This document shows, piece by piece, positions 47,101 through 59,111 of a DNA stretch of 64,000 nucleotides (within the stretch, counting starts at the first letter, position 1; each line of letters begins with the position of its first letter). Source of the DNA: a phage; sequence record PZ452596.1. The stretch is one strand, 5' to 3'. A program made the position numbers and the translations under genes. Under the pieces are notes generated by a model. That model was not told the origin of the DNA and ran no database searches. It was given only the letters and a program-made list of their open reading frames with translations.

Positions 47101-48811
47101 TAACCTTAATTGGTTTGTTGGTGTTGTTGAAGATAGAATGGACCCATTAAAATTAGGTCGTGTTCGTGTTCGTGTGGTTGGTCTGCATCCACCACAAAGA
47201 GCACAAGGTGATGTAATGGGTATTCCAACTGAAAAATTACCATGGATGTCAGTTATTCAACCTATAACTTCTGCAGCAATGTCAGGAATTGGAGGTTCTG
47301 TTACAGGGCCAGTAGAAGGAACTAGAGTTTATGGTCATTTTTTAGACAAATGGAAAACTAACGGAATTGTCCTTGGCACGTATGGTGGAATAGTTCGCGA
47401 AAAACCGAATAGACTTGAAGGATTTTCTGACCCAACTGGGCAATATCCTAGACGTTTAGGAAATGATACTAACGTACTAAACCAAGGCGGAGAAGTAGGA
47501 TATGATTCCTCTTCTAACATTATTCAAGATAGTAACTTAGACACTGCAATAAATCCCGATGATAGACCACTATCAGAGATTCCAACCGATGATAATCCAA
47601 ATATGTCAATGGCTGAAATGCTTCGCCGTGATGAAGGATTAAGATTAAAAGTTTATTGGGATACCGAAGGATATCCGACAATTGGTATTGGTCATCTTAT
47701 CATGAAGCAGCCAGTTCGTGATATGGCTCAAATTAATAAAGTTTTATCAAAACAAGTTGGTCGTGAAATTACAGGAAATCCAGGTTCTATTACAATGGAA
47801 GAGGCGACGACTTTATTTGAGCGTGATTTGGCTGATATGCAACGTGACATTAAATCGCATTCTAAAGTAGGACCAGTCTGGCAAGCTGTCAACCGTTCTC
47901 GTCAAATGGCATTAGAAAATATGGCATTTCAGATGGGTGTTGGTGGTGTAGCTAAATTTAACACAATGTTAACTGCTATGTTAGCAGGAGATTGGGAAAA
48001 AGCGTATAAAGCCGGTCGTGATTCATTATGGTATCAACAAACAAAAGGCCGTGCATCCCGTGTTACCATGATTATTCTTACGGGAAATTTAGAATCATAT
48101 GGCGTTGAAGTGAAAACCCCAGCTAGGTCTCTATCAGCAATGGCTGCTACTGTAGCTAAATCTTCTGACCCTGCTGACCCTCCTATTCCAAATGACTCGA
48201 GAATTTTATTCAAAGAACCAGTTTCTTCATATAAAGGTGAATATCCTTATGTGCATACAATGGAAACTGAAAGTGGACATATTCAGGAATTTGATGATAC
48301 CCCTGGGCAAGAACGATACAGATTAGTTCATCCAACTGGAACTTATGAAGAAGTATCACCGTCAGGAAGAAGAACAAGAAAAACTGTTGATAATTTGTAT
48401 GATATAACCAACGCTGATGGTAATTTTTTGGTAGCCGGTGATAAAAAGACTAACGTCGGTGGATCAGAAATTTATTACAACATGGATAATCGTCTTCACC
48501 AGATAGATGGAAGCAATACAATATTTGTACGTGGCGACGAAACGAAAACTGTTGAAGGTAATGGAACTATCCTAGTTAAAGGTAATGTTACTATTGTAGT
48601 TGAAGGCAATGCTGACATTACAGTTAAAGGAGATGCTACCACTTTAGTTGAAGGAAATCAAACTAATACAGTAAATGGAAATCTTTCTTGGAAAGTTGCT
48701 GGGACAGTTGATTGGGACGTTGGTGGTGATTGGACAGAAAAAATGGCATCTATGAGTTCTATTTCATCTGGTCAATACACAATTGATGGATCGAGGATTG
48801 ACATTGGCTAA
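47084..48811 (+). CDS. 5: Baseplate hub/tail lysozyme gp5
   Basis: 575-aa ORF; lysozyme block MAEMLRRDEGLRLKVYWDTEGYPTIGIGHL; C-terminal VxGNxT beta-helix repeats. Confidence 0.95.
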   Translation: MEMISNNLNWFVGVVEDRMDPLKLGRVRVRVVGLHPPQRAQGDVMGIPTEKLPWMSVIQPITSAAMSGIGGSVTGPVEGTRVYGHFLDKWKTNGIVLGTYGGIVREKPNRLEGFSDPTGQYPRRLGNDTNVLNQGGEVGYDSSSNIIQDSNLDTAINPDDRPLSEIPTDDNPNMSMAEMLRRDEGLRLKVYWDTEGYPTIGIGHLIMKQPVRDMAQINKVLSKQVGREITGNPGSITMEEATTLFERDLADMQRDIKSHSKVGPVWQAVNRSRQMALENMAFQMGVGGVAKFNTMLTAMLAGDWEKAYKAGRDSLWYQQTKGRASRVTMIILTGNLESYGVEVKTPARSLSAMAATVAKSSDPADPPIPNDSRILFKEPVSSYKGEYPYVHTMETESGHIQEFDDTPGQERYRLVHPTGTYEEVSPSGRRTRKTVDNLYDITNADGNFLVAGDKKTNVGGSEIYYNMDNRLHQIDGSNTIFVRGDETKTVEGNGTILVKGNVTIVVEGNADITVKGDATTLVEGNQTNTVNGNLSWKVAGTVDWDVGGDWTEKMASMSSISSGQYTIDGSRIDIG

Positions 48812-48845
48812 TATACTTCCAATGAGCGCTGATTTAGGAGAATCC

Positions 48846-49340
48846 ATGGAAGGTTCTTCTATCGACGTCACCTTTACCGCTCAATTAGAAACGGGTGAAA
48901 CGTTAGTATCTATAAATATAACTAGTTACGAAGAAACTCCTGGGGTTTTAGTAGAAGAAAATCGCTTATATGGAACATATGAATCTGTATTTGGTTTCGG
49001 AAATGACGCGTTGAAATATCGTTTAGGCGATGAATTTAAAACTGCTGCTTCATGGGAAGAACTTCCTACTGATTCTGATACTCAGTTGTATTTGTGGAAA
49101 GCTCCTCAAAATCTCCAGAAGACATTCACTTACGAAGTAACATTAATATATGACTACCAAGAACAAAGTGAATCTGGGGGTTCTGGCAGTAATTCTAGGT
49201 CATCTTCTGATACTACTGAACCGACGGATCCTCCTGCTCCAGTAAGAAAAACTCTCGTTAAAAATTATACTAAAACTATAGTTGGAAATTGGAGTCGTTG
49301 GGCTAATAAATTGAGAAGCTATGTGTATGAGAGGCCATAA
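48846..49340 (+). CDS. Hypothetical baseplate-region protein (T4 5.1 position)
   Basis: Track ORF 48783..49340 trimmed to [10 protein letters not shown] (RBS GGAGAA); start uncertain. Confidence 0.5.
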
Positions 49341-49634
49341 ATGTCAGGATTAAGTTATGATAAGTGTGTTACTGCTGGCCATGAAGCGTGGCCTCCAACA
49401 GTTGTGAATGCTACACAAAGTAAAGTATTCACTGGAGGAATTGCTGTTCTAGTAGCAGGCGATCCAATTACAGAACATACAGAAATTAAAAAGCCATATG
49501 AAACACATGGCGGAGTGACACAACCCAGAACTTCTAAGGTATATGTCACTGGAAAGAAAGCTGTTCAAATGGCTGATCCAATATCATGCGGTGATACTGT
49601 GGCTCAGGCATCATCTAAAGTATTCATTAAATAG
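49341..49634 (+). CDS. 5.4: PAAR-repeat spike tip protein gp5.4
   Basis: 97-aa [36 protein letters not shown]... Confidence 0.85.
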
Positions 49635-49642
49635 GATTTAAA

Positions 49643-51625
49643 ATGGCAAATACCCCTGTAAATTATCAATTAACAAGAACAGCAAATGCTATTCCCGAGA
49701 TATTCGTCGGGGGTACATTTGCTGAAATAAAACAAAACCTCATTGAATGGCTTAATGGCCAAAATGAATTTTTGGATTATGATTTTGAAGGCTCAAGATT
49801 AAACGTTCTGTGTGACCTTTTGGCTTATAATACGCTGTACATTCAACAGTTTGGTAATGCTGCTGTGTATGAAAGCTTTATGCGTACTGCTAACTTACGA
49901 AGTTCAGTTGTTCAAGCTGCACAAGATAACGGATATTTACCTACTTCAAAATCCGCTGCACAGACCGAAATTATGTTAACGTGTACAGACGCATTGAATA
50001 GAAATTACATTACTATTCCTCGTGGTACTCGCTTTTTAGCATATGCAAAAGATACTTCTGTTAATCCATATAACTTCGTTTCTACCGAAGACGTTATTGC
50101 TATTCGTGATAAAAATAACCAATATTTTCCACGTTTAAAACTTGCTCAAGGACGTATCGTAAGAACTGAAATCATTTATGATAAATTGACACCTATTATC
50201 ATTTATGATAAAAATATTGATAGAAACCAGGTTAAATTATACGTTGATGGAGCGGAATGGATTAACTGGACAAGAAAGTCAATGGTTCATGCTGGTTCTA
50301 CATCAACAATTTACTACATGCGTGAAACTATTGATGGAAACACTGAATTCTATTTTGGCGAAGGTGAAATTTCTGTTAATGCGGCAGAAGGAGCTCTAAC
50401 TGCTAACTATATTGGAGGTCTTAAACCTACCCAGAACTCTACTATTGTTATTGAGTACATCAGTACTAACGGCGCAGATGCGAACGGCGCAGTCGGATTT
50501 TCATATGCAGATACATTGACAAATATAACTGTCATCAATATTAATGAAAATCCAAACGATGACCCAGATTTTGTTGGTGCTGATGGTGGTGGTGATCCAG
50601 AAGATATTGAACGTATTCGTGAATTGGGTACTATTAAGCGTGAAACTCAGCAGCGATGTGTAACTGCGACAGATTATGATACATTTGTCTCAGAAAGATT
50701 TGGTTCTATTATTCAAGCCGTTCAGACTTTCACTGATTCTACTAAACCTGGTTATGCATTTATTGCTGCTAAACCTAAATCAGGATTGTATTTAACTACT
50801 GTGCAGCGTGAAGATATTAAAAATTATCTCAAAGATTATAATTTAGCACCTATTACACCATCAATTATTTCTCCTAATTATCTTTTCATTAAGACTAATT
50901 TAAAAGTCACATATGCTTTAAATAAACTGCAAGAATCCGAGCAGTGGCTTGAAGGTCAAATAATTGATAAAATTGACCGCTATTATACCGAAGATGTAGA
51001 AATTTTTAACTCATCTTTCGCTAAGTCTAAGATGTTAACTTATGTAGATGATGCAGATCATTCTATCATTGGTTCATCAGCGACTATTCAAATGGTTCGT
51101 GAAGTACAAAACTTCTATAAAACTCCTGAAGCTGGTATTAAATACAATAATCAAATAAAAGACCGTTCTATGGAATCTAATACGTTTTCATTTAATTCTG
51201 GACGAAAGGTTGTAAATCCTGATACTGGTTTAGAAGAAGATGTATTATATGACGTTCGTATAGTATCAACAGACCGAGATTCTAAAGGAATTGGCAAAGT
51301 TATTATTGGTCCATTTGCTTCTGGCGATGTTACAGAAAATGAAAACATTCAACCATATACAGGCAATGATTTTAATAAATTGGCAAGTTCCGATGGACGT
51401 GACAAATACTATGTTATCGGTGAAATAAATTATCCAGCTGACATGATTTATTGGAATATCGCTAAAATTAATTTAACATCCGATAAATTTGAGGTTCAGA
51501 CTATTGAGTTATATTCTGATCCAATAGACGATGTTATTTTCACACGCGATGGTTCACTGATTGTATTTGAAAATGATTTACGTCCACAATACTTAACTAT
51601 CGATTTGGAGCCTATATCACAATGA
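49643..51625 (+). CDS. 6: Baseplate wedge protein gp6
   Basis: 660-aa ORF, size and order as in T4. Confidence 0.9.
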   Translation: MANTPVNYQLTRTANAIPEIFVGGTFAEIKQNLIEWLNGQNEFLDYDFEGSRLNVLCDLLAYNTLYIQQFGNAAVYESFMRTANLRSSVVQAAQDNGYLPTSKSAAQTEIMLTCTDALNRNYITIPRGTRFLAYAKDTSVNPYNFVSTEDVIAIRDKNNQYFPRLKLAQGRIVRTEIIYDKLTPIIIYDKNIDRNQVKLYVDGAEWINWTRKSMVHAGSTSTIYYMRETIDGNTEFYFGEGEISVNAAEGALTANYIGGLKPTQNSTIVIEYISTNGADANGAVGFSYADTLTNITVININENPNDDPDFVGADGGGDPEDIERIRELGTIKRETQQRCVTATDYDTFVSERFGSIIQAVQTFTDSTKPGYAFIAAKPKSGLYLTTVQREDIKNYLKDYNLAPITPSIISPNYLFIKTNLKVTYALNKLQESEQWLEGQIIDKIDRYYTEDVEIFNSSFAKSKMLTYVDDADHSIIGSSATIQMVREVQNFYKTPEAGIKYNNQIKDRSMESNTFSFNSGRKVVNPDTGLEEDVLYDVRIVSTDRDSKGIGKVIIGPFASGDVTENENIQPYTGNDFNKLASSDGRDKYYVIGEINYPADMIYWNIAKINLTSDKFEVQTIELYSDPIDDVIFTRDGSLIVFENDLRPQYLTIDLEPISQ

Positions 51626-54600
51626 CAGTAAAAGCACCTTCAGTCACTAGTCTCAGAATTTCCAAGTTATCCGCAAATCAGGTGCAAGTACGCTGGGATG
51701 ACGTTGGTGCTAATTTCTACTATTTTGTAGAAATCGCTGAGACAAAAACAAACTCGGGAGAAAATCTCCCGAGCAATCAATACAGATGGATTAACTTAGG
51801 ATATACTGCAAATAACAGCTTCTTTTTTGATAATGCTAATCCATTAACATCGTACATTATTAGAGTAGCTACAGCTGCGCAGGATTTTGAGCAGTCTGAT
51901 TGGATTTATACTGAAGAGTTTGAAACTTTTGCTACAAACGCTTATACATTTCAAAACATGATTGAAATGCAATTAGCTAATAAATTCATTCAGGAAAAAT
52001 TTACTCTTAATAATTCTGACTATGTCAATTTTAACAATGACACTATAATGGCTGCATTGATGAATGAATCGTTTCAATTCAGCCCATCATATGTTGATGT
52101 TTCATCAATAAGTAATTTTATTATTGGTGAAAATGAGTATCATGAAATACAAGGTTCTATTCAGCAAGTATGTAAGGATATTAACCGCGTTTATTTGATG
52201 GAATCAGAAGGGATTCTATATCTTTTTGAGCGCTATCAACCCGTAGTTAAAGTATCTAATGATAAAGGACAAACCTGGAAAGCTGTAAAGCTCTTCAATG
52301 ACCGCGTAGGATATCCTTTATCTAAGACTGTATATTACCAATCTGCAAACACAACATACGTTCTAGGATACGACAAGATTTTCTATGGCCGCAAATCTAC
52401 TGATGTTAGATGGTCAGCTGATGATGTCAGATTTAGTTCGCAGGATATAACATTTGCTAAACTTGGCGACCAATTACATCTAGGATTTGATGTAGAAATT
52501 TTTGCCACTTACGCGACTTTGCCAGCTAATGTATACCGCATTGCAGAAGCTATTACTTGCACCGATGATTACATTTACGTTGTCGCCAGAGACAAAGTTA
52601 GATACATAAAAACGAGTAATGCACCTATAGATTCTGATCCATTATCTCCAACATATTCGGAAAGACTTTTTGAACCTGATACAATGACTATAACTGGAAA
52701 TCCTAAAGCAGTATGCTATAAAATGGATTCTATCGGTGATAAAGTTTTTGCTCTTATTATTGGTGAAGTTGAAACATTAAATGCCAATCCGAGAACTTCA
52801 AAAATAATTGATTCTGCCGATAAAGGAATATATGTTTTAAATCATGCCACGAAAACATGGAAAAGAGTTTTTGGCAACACTGAAGAAGAAAGAAGACGTA
52901 TTCAACCTGGATATGCAAATATGTCAACTGACGGTAAATTAGTTTCTCTATCTTCGAGTAATTTTAAATTTTTAAGTGATAACATTGTTAATGACCCTGA
53001 AACTGCAGCGAAATATCAGTTAATTGGTGCTGTTAAATATGAATTTCCTCGTGAATGGCTAGCTGATAAGCATTATCATATGATGGCATTTATAGCAGAT
53101 GAAAAATCTGATTGGGAAACTTTTACGCCTCAGCCGATGAAATACTATGCAGAACCATTCTTTAACTGGTCTAAAAAATCTAACACACGCTGTTGGATAA
53201 ACAACTCTGACAGAGCTGTAGTAGTTTATGCTGATTTAAAATACACCAAAGTTATAGAAAATATTCCGGAAACATCACCAGATAGATTAGTTCATGAATA
53301 CTGGGATGATGGTGATTGTACGATAGTAATGCCAAATGTTAAATTCACGGGATTTAAAAAATACGCGTCTGGGATGCTTTTTTATAAGTCTTCTGGTGAA
53401 ATAATTTCTTACTATGATTTTAACTATCGAGTGAGAGACACAGTTGAAATAATTTGGAAGCCAACTGGAATATTTTTAAAAGCATTTTTACAAAACCAAG
53501 AGCGTGAAACTCCTTGGTCCCCGGAAGAAGAGCATGGATTAGCTGATCCTGATTTAAGACCATTGATTGGCACAATGATGCCTGATTCTTATTTGCTACA
53601 GGATTCTAATTTTGAGGCATTCTGCGAAGCATATATTCAGTATCTTTCCGATGGATATGGAACTCAGTATAATAATTTACGAAATTTAATTCGTAATCAA
53701 TATCCGCGAGAAGAGCACGCGTGGGAATATTTGTGGTCAGAGATATATAAAAGAAACATTTATTTAAATGCTGATAAACGTGATGCTGTTGCAAGATTTT
53801 TTGAATCACGTAGCTATGATTTTTATTCTACTAAAGGAATTGAAGCATCATACAAATTTCTTTTTAAAGTTCTTTATAATGAAGAAGTTGAAATTGAAAT
53901 TGAATCTGGGGCTGGTACTGAATATGATATAATCGTTCAATCTGATTCTTTGACCGAAGACTTAGTAGGACAAACGATTTATACAGCTACAGGAAGATGT
54001 AATGTTACTTATATAGAAAGAAGCTATTCTAATGGTAAATTGCAATGGACCGTAACTATTCATAATCTTTTGGGAAGATTAATTGCCGGTCAAGAAGTTA
54101 AAGCAGAAAGACTCCCTAGTTTCGAAGGCGAAATTATTCGCGGGGTTAAAGGAAAGGATTTGCTTCAAAATAATATAGACTATATTAATAGAAGTAGATC
54201 ATATTATGTAATGAAAATTAAATCCAATTTACCTTCTTCCCGCTGGAAATCTGACGTTATTCGTTTTGTTCATCCAGTAGGATTTGGATTTATAGCAATT
54301 ACCCTTTTAACAATGTTTATTAATGTTGGTTTAACTCTTAAACATACAGAGACTATAATTAATAAATACAAAAACTATAAATGGGATTCTGGATTGCCTA
54401 CTGAATATGCTGATAGAGTAGCCAAATTGACTCCAACCGGTGAAATTGAGCATGATTCAGTAACAGGCGAAGCAATTTATGAACCTGGCCCAATGGCTGG
54501 TGTAGAATATCCTCTTCCTGATGACTATAATGCTGAAAATAATAATTCAATATTTCAAGGTCAATTGCCATCTGAACGACGTAAATTAATGAGTCCTCTA

Positions 54601-54720
54601 TTTGATGCATCTGGAACAACATTTGCACAATTTAGGGATTTAGTTAATAAACGTCTAAAAGATAATATAGGAAATCCAAGAGACCCTGAAAATCCAACAC
54701 AGGTTAAAATAGATGAATGA
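51622..54720 (+). CDS. 7: Baseplate wedge protein gp7
   Basis: 1032-aa ORF. Confidence 0.9.
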   Translation: MTVKAPSVTSLRISKLSANQVQVRWDDVGANFYYFVEIAETKTNSGENLPSNQYRWINLGYTANNSFFFDNANPLTSYIIRVATAAQDFEQSDWIYTEEFETFATNAYTFQNMIEMQLANKFIQEKFTLNNSDYVNFNNDTIMAALMNESFQFSPSYVDVSSISNFIIGENEYHEIQGSIQQVCKDINRVYLMESEGILYLFERYQPVVKVSNDKGQTWKAVKLFNDRVGYPLSKTVYYQSANTTYVLGYDKIFYGRKSTDVRWSADDVRFSSQDITFAKLGDQLHLGFDVEIFATYATLPANVYRIAEAITCTDDYIYVVARDKVRYIKTSNAPIDSDPLSPTYSERLFEPDTMTITGNPKAVCYKMDSIGDKVFALIIGEVETLNANPRTSKIIDSADKGIYVLNHATKTWKRVFGNTEEERRRIQPGYANMSTDGKLVSLSSSNFKFLSDNIVNDPETAAKYQLIGAVKYEFPREWLADKHYHMMAFIADEKSDWETFTPQPMKYYAEPFFNWSKKSNTRCWINNSDRAVVVYADLKYTKVIENIPETSPDRLVHEYWDDGDCTIVMPNVKFTGFKKYASGMLFYKSSGEIISYYDFNYRVRDTVEIIWKPTGIFLKAFLQNQERETPWSPEEEHGLADPDLRPLIGTMMPDSYLLQDSNFEAFCEAYIQYLSDGYGTQYNNLRNLIRNQYPREEHAWEYLWSEIYKRNIYLNADKRDAVARFFESRSYDFYSTKGIEASYKFLFKVLYNEEVEIEIESGAGTEYDIIVQSDSLTEDLVGQTIYTATGRCNVTYIERSYSNGKLQWTVTIHNLLGRLIAGQEVKAERLPSFEGEIIRGVKGKDLLQNNIDYINRSRSYYVMKIKSNLPSSRWKSDVIRFVHPVGFGFIAITLLTMFINVGLTLKHTETIINKYKNYKWDSGLPTEYADRVAKLTPTGEIEHDSVTGEAIYEPGPMAGVEYPLPDDYNAENNNSIFQGQLPSERRKLMSPLFDASGTTFAQFRDLVNKRLKDNIGNPRDPENPTQVKIDE

Positions 54721-55717
54721 TTCAAGTGTTATCTATCGTGCGATAGTTACTTCAAAATTTAGAACAGAAAAAATGTTGAATTTTTATAATTCAATTGGAA
54801 GTGGTCCGGATAAAAACACTATCTTTATTACATTTGGAAGATCAGAACCGTGGTCATCAAACGAAAATGAGGTGGGATTTGCCCCACCTTATCCCACCGA
54901 TTCTGTGTTAGGTGTAACTGACATGTGGACTCATATGATGGGAACAGTGAAGGTTCTTCCATCTATGCTTGATGCAGTTATTCCTCGTCGAGATTGGGGA
55001 GATACTAGATATCCGGATCCATACACATTTAGAATTAACGATATTGTAGTGTGTAACTCAGCTCCTTACAACGCTACCGAATCAGGCGCAGGCTGGTTAG
55101 TATATCGTTGTTTAGATGTTCCTGATACTGGAATGTGCTCAATTGAGTCTTTAACTAATAAGGATGAATGCCTTAAGCTAGGTGGAAAATGGACTCCTTC
55201 TGTTAGGTCAATGACTCCTCCTGAAGGTCGAGGAGACGCGGAAGGAACAATCGAATCTGGAGACGGGTATGTATGGGAATATCTATTTGAGATTCCGCCT
55301 GATGTATCTATAAATAGATGTACGAATGAATATATCGTAGTTCCTTGGCCTGAGGAATTAAAAGAAGACCCGACTAGATGGGGGTATGAAGATAATCTCA
55401 CTTGGCAGCAAGATGATTTTGGATTAATTTACCGGGTTAAGGCAAATACTATTCGTTTTAAAGCATACTTAGATTCAGTTTATTTTCCTGAAGCTGCATT
55501 GCCAGGAAATAAAGGATTTAGACAAATATCGATAATCACGAATCCTCTTGAAGCTAAAGTTCATCCAAATGACCCAAACGTTAAAGCTGAAAAGGATTAC
55601 TATGATCCGGAAGATTTAATGAGGCATTCGGGCGAAATGATTTATATGGAAAATAGGCCACCTATTATTATGGCAATGGATCAAACAGAAGAAATCAATA
55701 TTCTGTTTACATTTTAA
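54713..55717 (+). CDS. 8: Baseplate wedge protein gp8
   Basis: 334-aa ORF. Confidence 0.9.
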   Translation: MNDSSVIYRAIVTSKFRTEKMLNFYNSIGSGPDKNTIFITFGRSEPWSSNENEVGFAPPYPTDSVLGVTDMWTHMMGTVKVLPSMLDAVIPRRDWGDTRYPDPYTFRINDIVVCNSAPYNATESGAGWLVYRCLDVPDTGMCSIESLTNKDECLKLGGKWTPSVRSMTPPEGRGDAEGTIESGDGYVWEYLFEIPPDVSINRCTNEYIVVPWPEELKEDPTRWGYEDNLTWQQDDFGLIYRVKANTIRFKAYLDSVYFPEAALPGNKGFRQISIITNPLEAKVHPNDPNVKAEKDYYDPEDLMRHSGEMIYMENRPPIIMAMDQTEEINILFTF

Positions 55718-55722
55718 ATTAA

Positions 55723-55748
55723 GGGAGCCCATGGGCTCCCTTTTTCTT
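55723..55748 (+). terminator. Rho-independent terminator after gene 8
   Basis: GGGAGCCCAUGGGCUCCC hairpin followed by UUUUUCUUU. Confidence 0.6.
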
Positions 55749-55756
55749 TATAAATA
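55749..55756 (+). promoter_or_regulatory. Late promoter TATAAATA for gene 9
   Basis: Plus strand TATAAATA 25 nt upstream of gene 9 ATG. Confidence 0.55.
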
Positions 55757-55780
55757 CTATAAACTCATAAGGAAACCGCT

Positions 55781-56647
55781 ATGTTCATTCAAGAACCAAA
55801 GAAATTGATTGATACCGGCGAAATTGGTAACGCTTCTACTGGTGATATCTTATTCGACGGTGGTAATAAAATTAATAGTGATTTTAACGCAATTTATAAT
55901 GCGTTTGGCGATCAGCGTAAAATGGCAGTAGCAAATGGTACTGGTGCTGACGGCCAAATTATCCATGCTACTGGATATTATCAAAAGCATTCTATCACAG
56001 AGTACGCAACTCCGGTGAAAGTTGGTACTAGGCATGATATTGATACCTCTACTGTTGGTGTTAAAGTTATCATTGAAAGAGGAGAACTCGGTGACTGTGT
56101 TGAATTCATTAATTCTAATGGATCGATATCAGTTACTAATCCTTTAACAATTCAAGCTATTGATTCAATTAAAGGTGTTTCGGGTAATTTGGTAGTAACT
56201 AGCCCATATAGTAAAGTAACTTTGCGCTGTATTTCATCTGATAATTCTACGTCAGTTTGGAATTATTCTATTGAAAGTATGTTTGGCCAAAAGGAATCAC
56301 CGGCCGAAGGTACATGGAATATTTCTACATCTGGATCAGTTGACATTCCATTATTTCATCGTACTGAATACAATATGGCTAAATTGCTAGTTACTTGTCA
56401 ATCGGTAGATGGAAGAAAAATTAAAACGGCAGAAATAAATATTCTTGTAGATACTGTTAATTCAACGGTCATTTCTTCTGAATATGCTGTCATGCGGGTT
56501 GGGAATGAAACTGAAGAAGACGAAATCGCTAATATTGCATTTAGTATTAAAGAAAATTATGTAACGGCGACTATAAGTTCTTCAACTGTCGGTATGAGAG
56601 CAGCAGTTAAAGTTATCGCTACGCAGAAAATCGGGGTGGCTCAATAA
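55781..56647 (+). CDS. 9: Baseplate wedge / long tail fibre socket protein gp9
   Basis: 288-aa ORF MFIQEPKKLIDTGEIGNASTGDILFDGG... Confidence 0.9.
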   Translation: MFIQEPKKLIDTGEIGNASTGDILFDGGNKINSDFNAIYNAFGDQRKMAVANGTGADGQIIHATGYYQKHSITEYATPVKVGTRHDIDTSTVGVKVIIERGELGDCVEFINSNGSISVTNPLTIQAIDSIKGVSGNLVVTSPYSKVTLRCISSDNSTSVWNYSIESMFGQKESPAEGTWNISTSGSVDIPLFHRTEYNMAKLLVTCQSVDGRKIKTAEINILVDTVNSTVISSEYAVMRVGNETEEDEIANIAFSIKENYVTATISSSTVGMRAAVKVIATQKIGVAQ

Positions 56648-58452
56648 TGAAACAAAATATTAATATCGGTAATGTTGTTGATGATGGTACCGGTGACTAC
56701 CTGCGTAAAGGTGGTATAAAAATAAATGAAAACTTTGATGAACTTTATTATGAACTTGGTGATGGAGATGTTCCATATTCAGCCGGTGCCTGGAAAACTT
56801 ATAATGCTTCATCTGGACAAACACTAACGGCAGAATGGGGAAAATCATATGCCATTAATACTTCGTCTGGAAGAGTAACTCTACAACTTCCTAAAGGAAC
56901 TGTTAATGATTACAACAAGGTAATTAGAGCTAGAGACGTATTCGCTACATGGAACATCAATCCAGTTACTTTAGTAGCTGCTTCTGGAGATACAATTAAA
57001 GGGTCGTCATCGTCAGTTGAAATTAATATTCAATTTAGTGATTTAGAACTCGTTTATTGCGCTCCAGGACGCTGGGAGTATGTCAAAAATAAGCAAATTG
57101 ATAAAATTATCAGTTCAGACATTAGTAATGTAGCTCGTAAAGAATTTTTAGTCGAAGTTCAAGGGCAAACAGACTTTTTAGATGTTTTTAATGGAACTAG
57201 TTATAATGTCAATAACATCAGAGTAAAACATCGTGGTAACGAATTGTATTACGGCGATGTATTTAGCGAAAACAGTGACTTTGGCTCTCCTGGAGAAAAT
57301 GAAGGCGAATTAGTTCCTCTTGATGGATTTAACATTCGATTAAGACAGCCTTGTAATATTGGTGACACTGTTCAAATTGAAACATTTATGGATGGTGTAT
57401 CACAATGGAGAAGTTCATATACAAGACGCCAAATAAAAGTACTGGATTCAAAACTAACATCAAAGACTTCTTTAGAAGGAAGCATTTATGTTACTGATTT
57501 ATCAGCGATGAAATCAATTCCATTTTCTGCATTTGGATTAATTCCTGGTGAACCCATTAATCCTAACTCTCTTGAGGTTCGTTTTAATGGAATTTTACAG
57601 CAGCAGGCTGGAACAGCTGGATATCCTCTGTTTTTGTGTGAAGGCGCTAATTCAGATACGCAAGAAGGATGTATATCTCTTGGTGGCGAATGGAAAGAAT
57701 CAAACACCGATTATTCTATAGAATATGAAGACGGAAAACCTATCAGTCTTTTATTTGATAGAAAATTTGAATCCGGTGACATTATCGTTATAACATGGTT
57801 CAATAATGATTTAGGAACTCTTTTAGAAAAAGATGACATCATTGAATTGACTGATGACCGTTATGTTAGTAAAGGATCATCTACTGAAGTTACTGGTGAT
57901 GTGGCCTTAACAGATTTTGATAAAATCGGTTGGCCAAATGTTGAAAAAGTTGATTCTTATACTAGAACGTATAATTCAATATCATCTATTTTCGACAGCA
58001 TTTATCCTGTTGGTTCAATTTATGAAAATGCTATAAACCCAAATAATCCGGTGACTTATATGGGATTTGGTTCATGGAAATTATTTGGTAAAGGGCAGGT
58101 TTTAGTAGGATGGAATGATGATGTTACAGATCCAAACTTTGCATTAAACAATAATGATTTAGATTCTAGCGGAAATCCTTCACATACCGCCGGTGGAACA
58201 GTTGGTACAACATCAGTAACGCTTGAAAACGCAAATCTTCCTGCGACTAAAACTGATGAAAGAGTTTTAATTGAAGACGAAAATGGATCAGTTATTATTG
58301 GAGGATGTCAATATGACCCAGACGAAACTGGTCCTATATATACAAAATATCGTGAAGACTACGCAACAACAAACTCTTCACATACTCCTCCTACTAATAT
58401 TAGTAATATTCAACCGTCTATTACTGTATACCGTTGGATAAGGATTGCATAA
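56647..58452 (+). CDS. 10: Baseplate wedge protein gp10
   Basis: 601-aa ORF; TAATG coupling with gene 11. Confidence 0.9.
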   Translation: MKQNINIGNVVDDGTGDYLRKGGIKINENFDELYYELGDGDVPYSAGAWKTYNASSGQTLTAEWGKSYAINTSSGRVTLQLPKGTVNDYNKVIRARDVFATWNINPVTLVAASGDTIKGSSSSVEINIQFSDLELVYCAPGRWEYVKNKQIDKIISSDISNVARKEFLVEVQGQTDFLDVFNGTSYNVNNIRVKHRGNELYYGDVFSENSDFGSPGENEGELVPLDGFNIRLRQPCNIGDTVQIETFMDGVSQWRSSYTRRQIKVLDSKLTSKTSLEGSIYVTDLSAMKSIPFSAFGLIPGEPINPNSLEVRFNGILQQQAGTAGYPLFLCEGANSDTQEGCISLGGEWKESNTDYSIEYEDGKPISLLFDRKFESGDIIVITWFNNDLGTLLEKDDIIELTDDRYVSKGSSTEVTGDVALTDFDKIGWPNVEKVDSYTRTYNSISSIFDSIYPVGSIYENAINPNNPVTYMGFGSWKLFGKGQVLVGWNDDVTDPNFALNNNDLDSSGNPSHTAGGTVGTTSVTLENANLPATKTDERVLIEDENGSVIIGGCQYDPDETGPIYTKYREDYATTNSSHTPPTNISNIQPSITVYRWIRIA

Positions 58453-59111
58453 TGAGTTTACTTAATAATAAAGCGGGAGTTATTTCCCGCTTAGCAGATT
58501 TTCTTGGTTTTAGAACTAAGAAAAATGATATTTCGGTTATGAATAATCAGCCGGTAGGCGCTGTAACAATTTCACAAATAGCAAAAGGTTTTTATGACCC
58601 AAATGTAGAATCTGCTATCAATGATGTTAGAAATATGGCAGAGCAACAGGTTGGAGCTGTATTAATTAATATAAGTGGCGTATCTCCTACCGGAGTGCAA
58701 CAAACAGACTATTGGTCATTTGAAGGAACTGTTACTGATACTTCAGCCAAACCAGGTGACCCAGTTATTGTTAACATGTTTGGTATTCCGGTTAAAGCTA
58801 CTAACGGAATGACTTCAATTGAATTTACCAGTGCCGTTAGAATAGCTCTACAGGAAATGGTTGCAAAATTTATTGCAATTGATTCATTTGAAGACCATCC
58901 TACCATAGGAAATAAAATACAAGTTAAGTATTTAGATAACCAAGAACATATCTTAGAGCAATACTCTGATAAAGGAATTACTTTCAAACAAGAAATAATT
59001 TCTCCTTCTAAACCCGGATACGGAACTTGGCAATTATTAGGTGCGCAAACTGTTACGCTAGATAGTCACACACAACCTACGGTATTTTATTATTTTGAGA
59101 GAATAGCATGA
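58452..59111 (+). CDS. 11: Baseplate wedge / short tail fibre attachment protein gp11
   Basis: Track ORF 58434..59111 trimmed to [17 protein letters not shown] (219 aa). Confidence 0.85.
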   Translation: MSLLNNKAGVISRLADFLGFRTKKNDISVMNNQPVGAVTISQIAKGFYDPNVESAINDVRNMAEQQVGAVLINISGVSPTGVQQTDYWSFEGTVTDTSAKPGDPVIVNMFGIPVKATNGMTSIEFTSAVRIALQEMVAKFIAIDSFEDHPTIGNKIQVKYLDNQEHILEQYSDKGITFKQEIISPSKPGYGTWQLLGAQTVTLDSHTQPTVFYYFERIA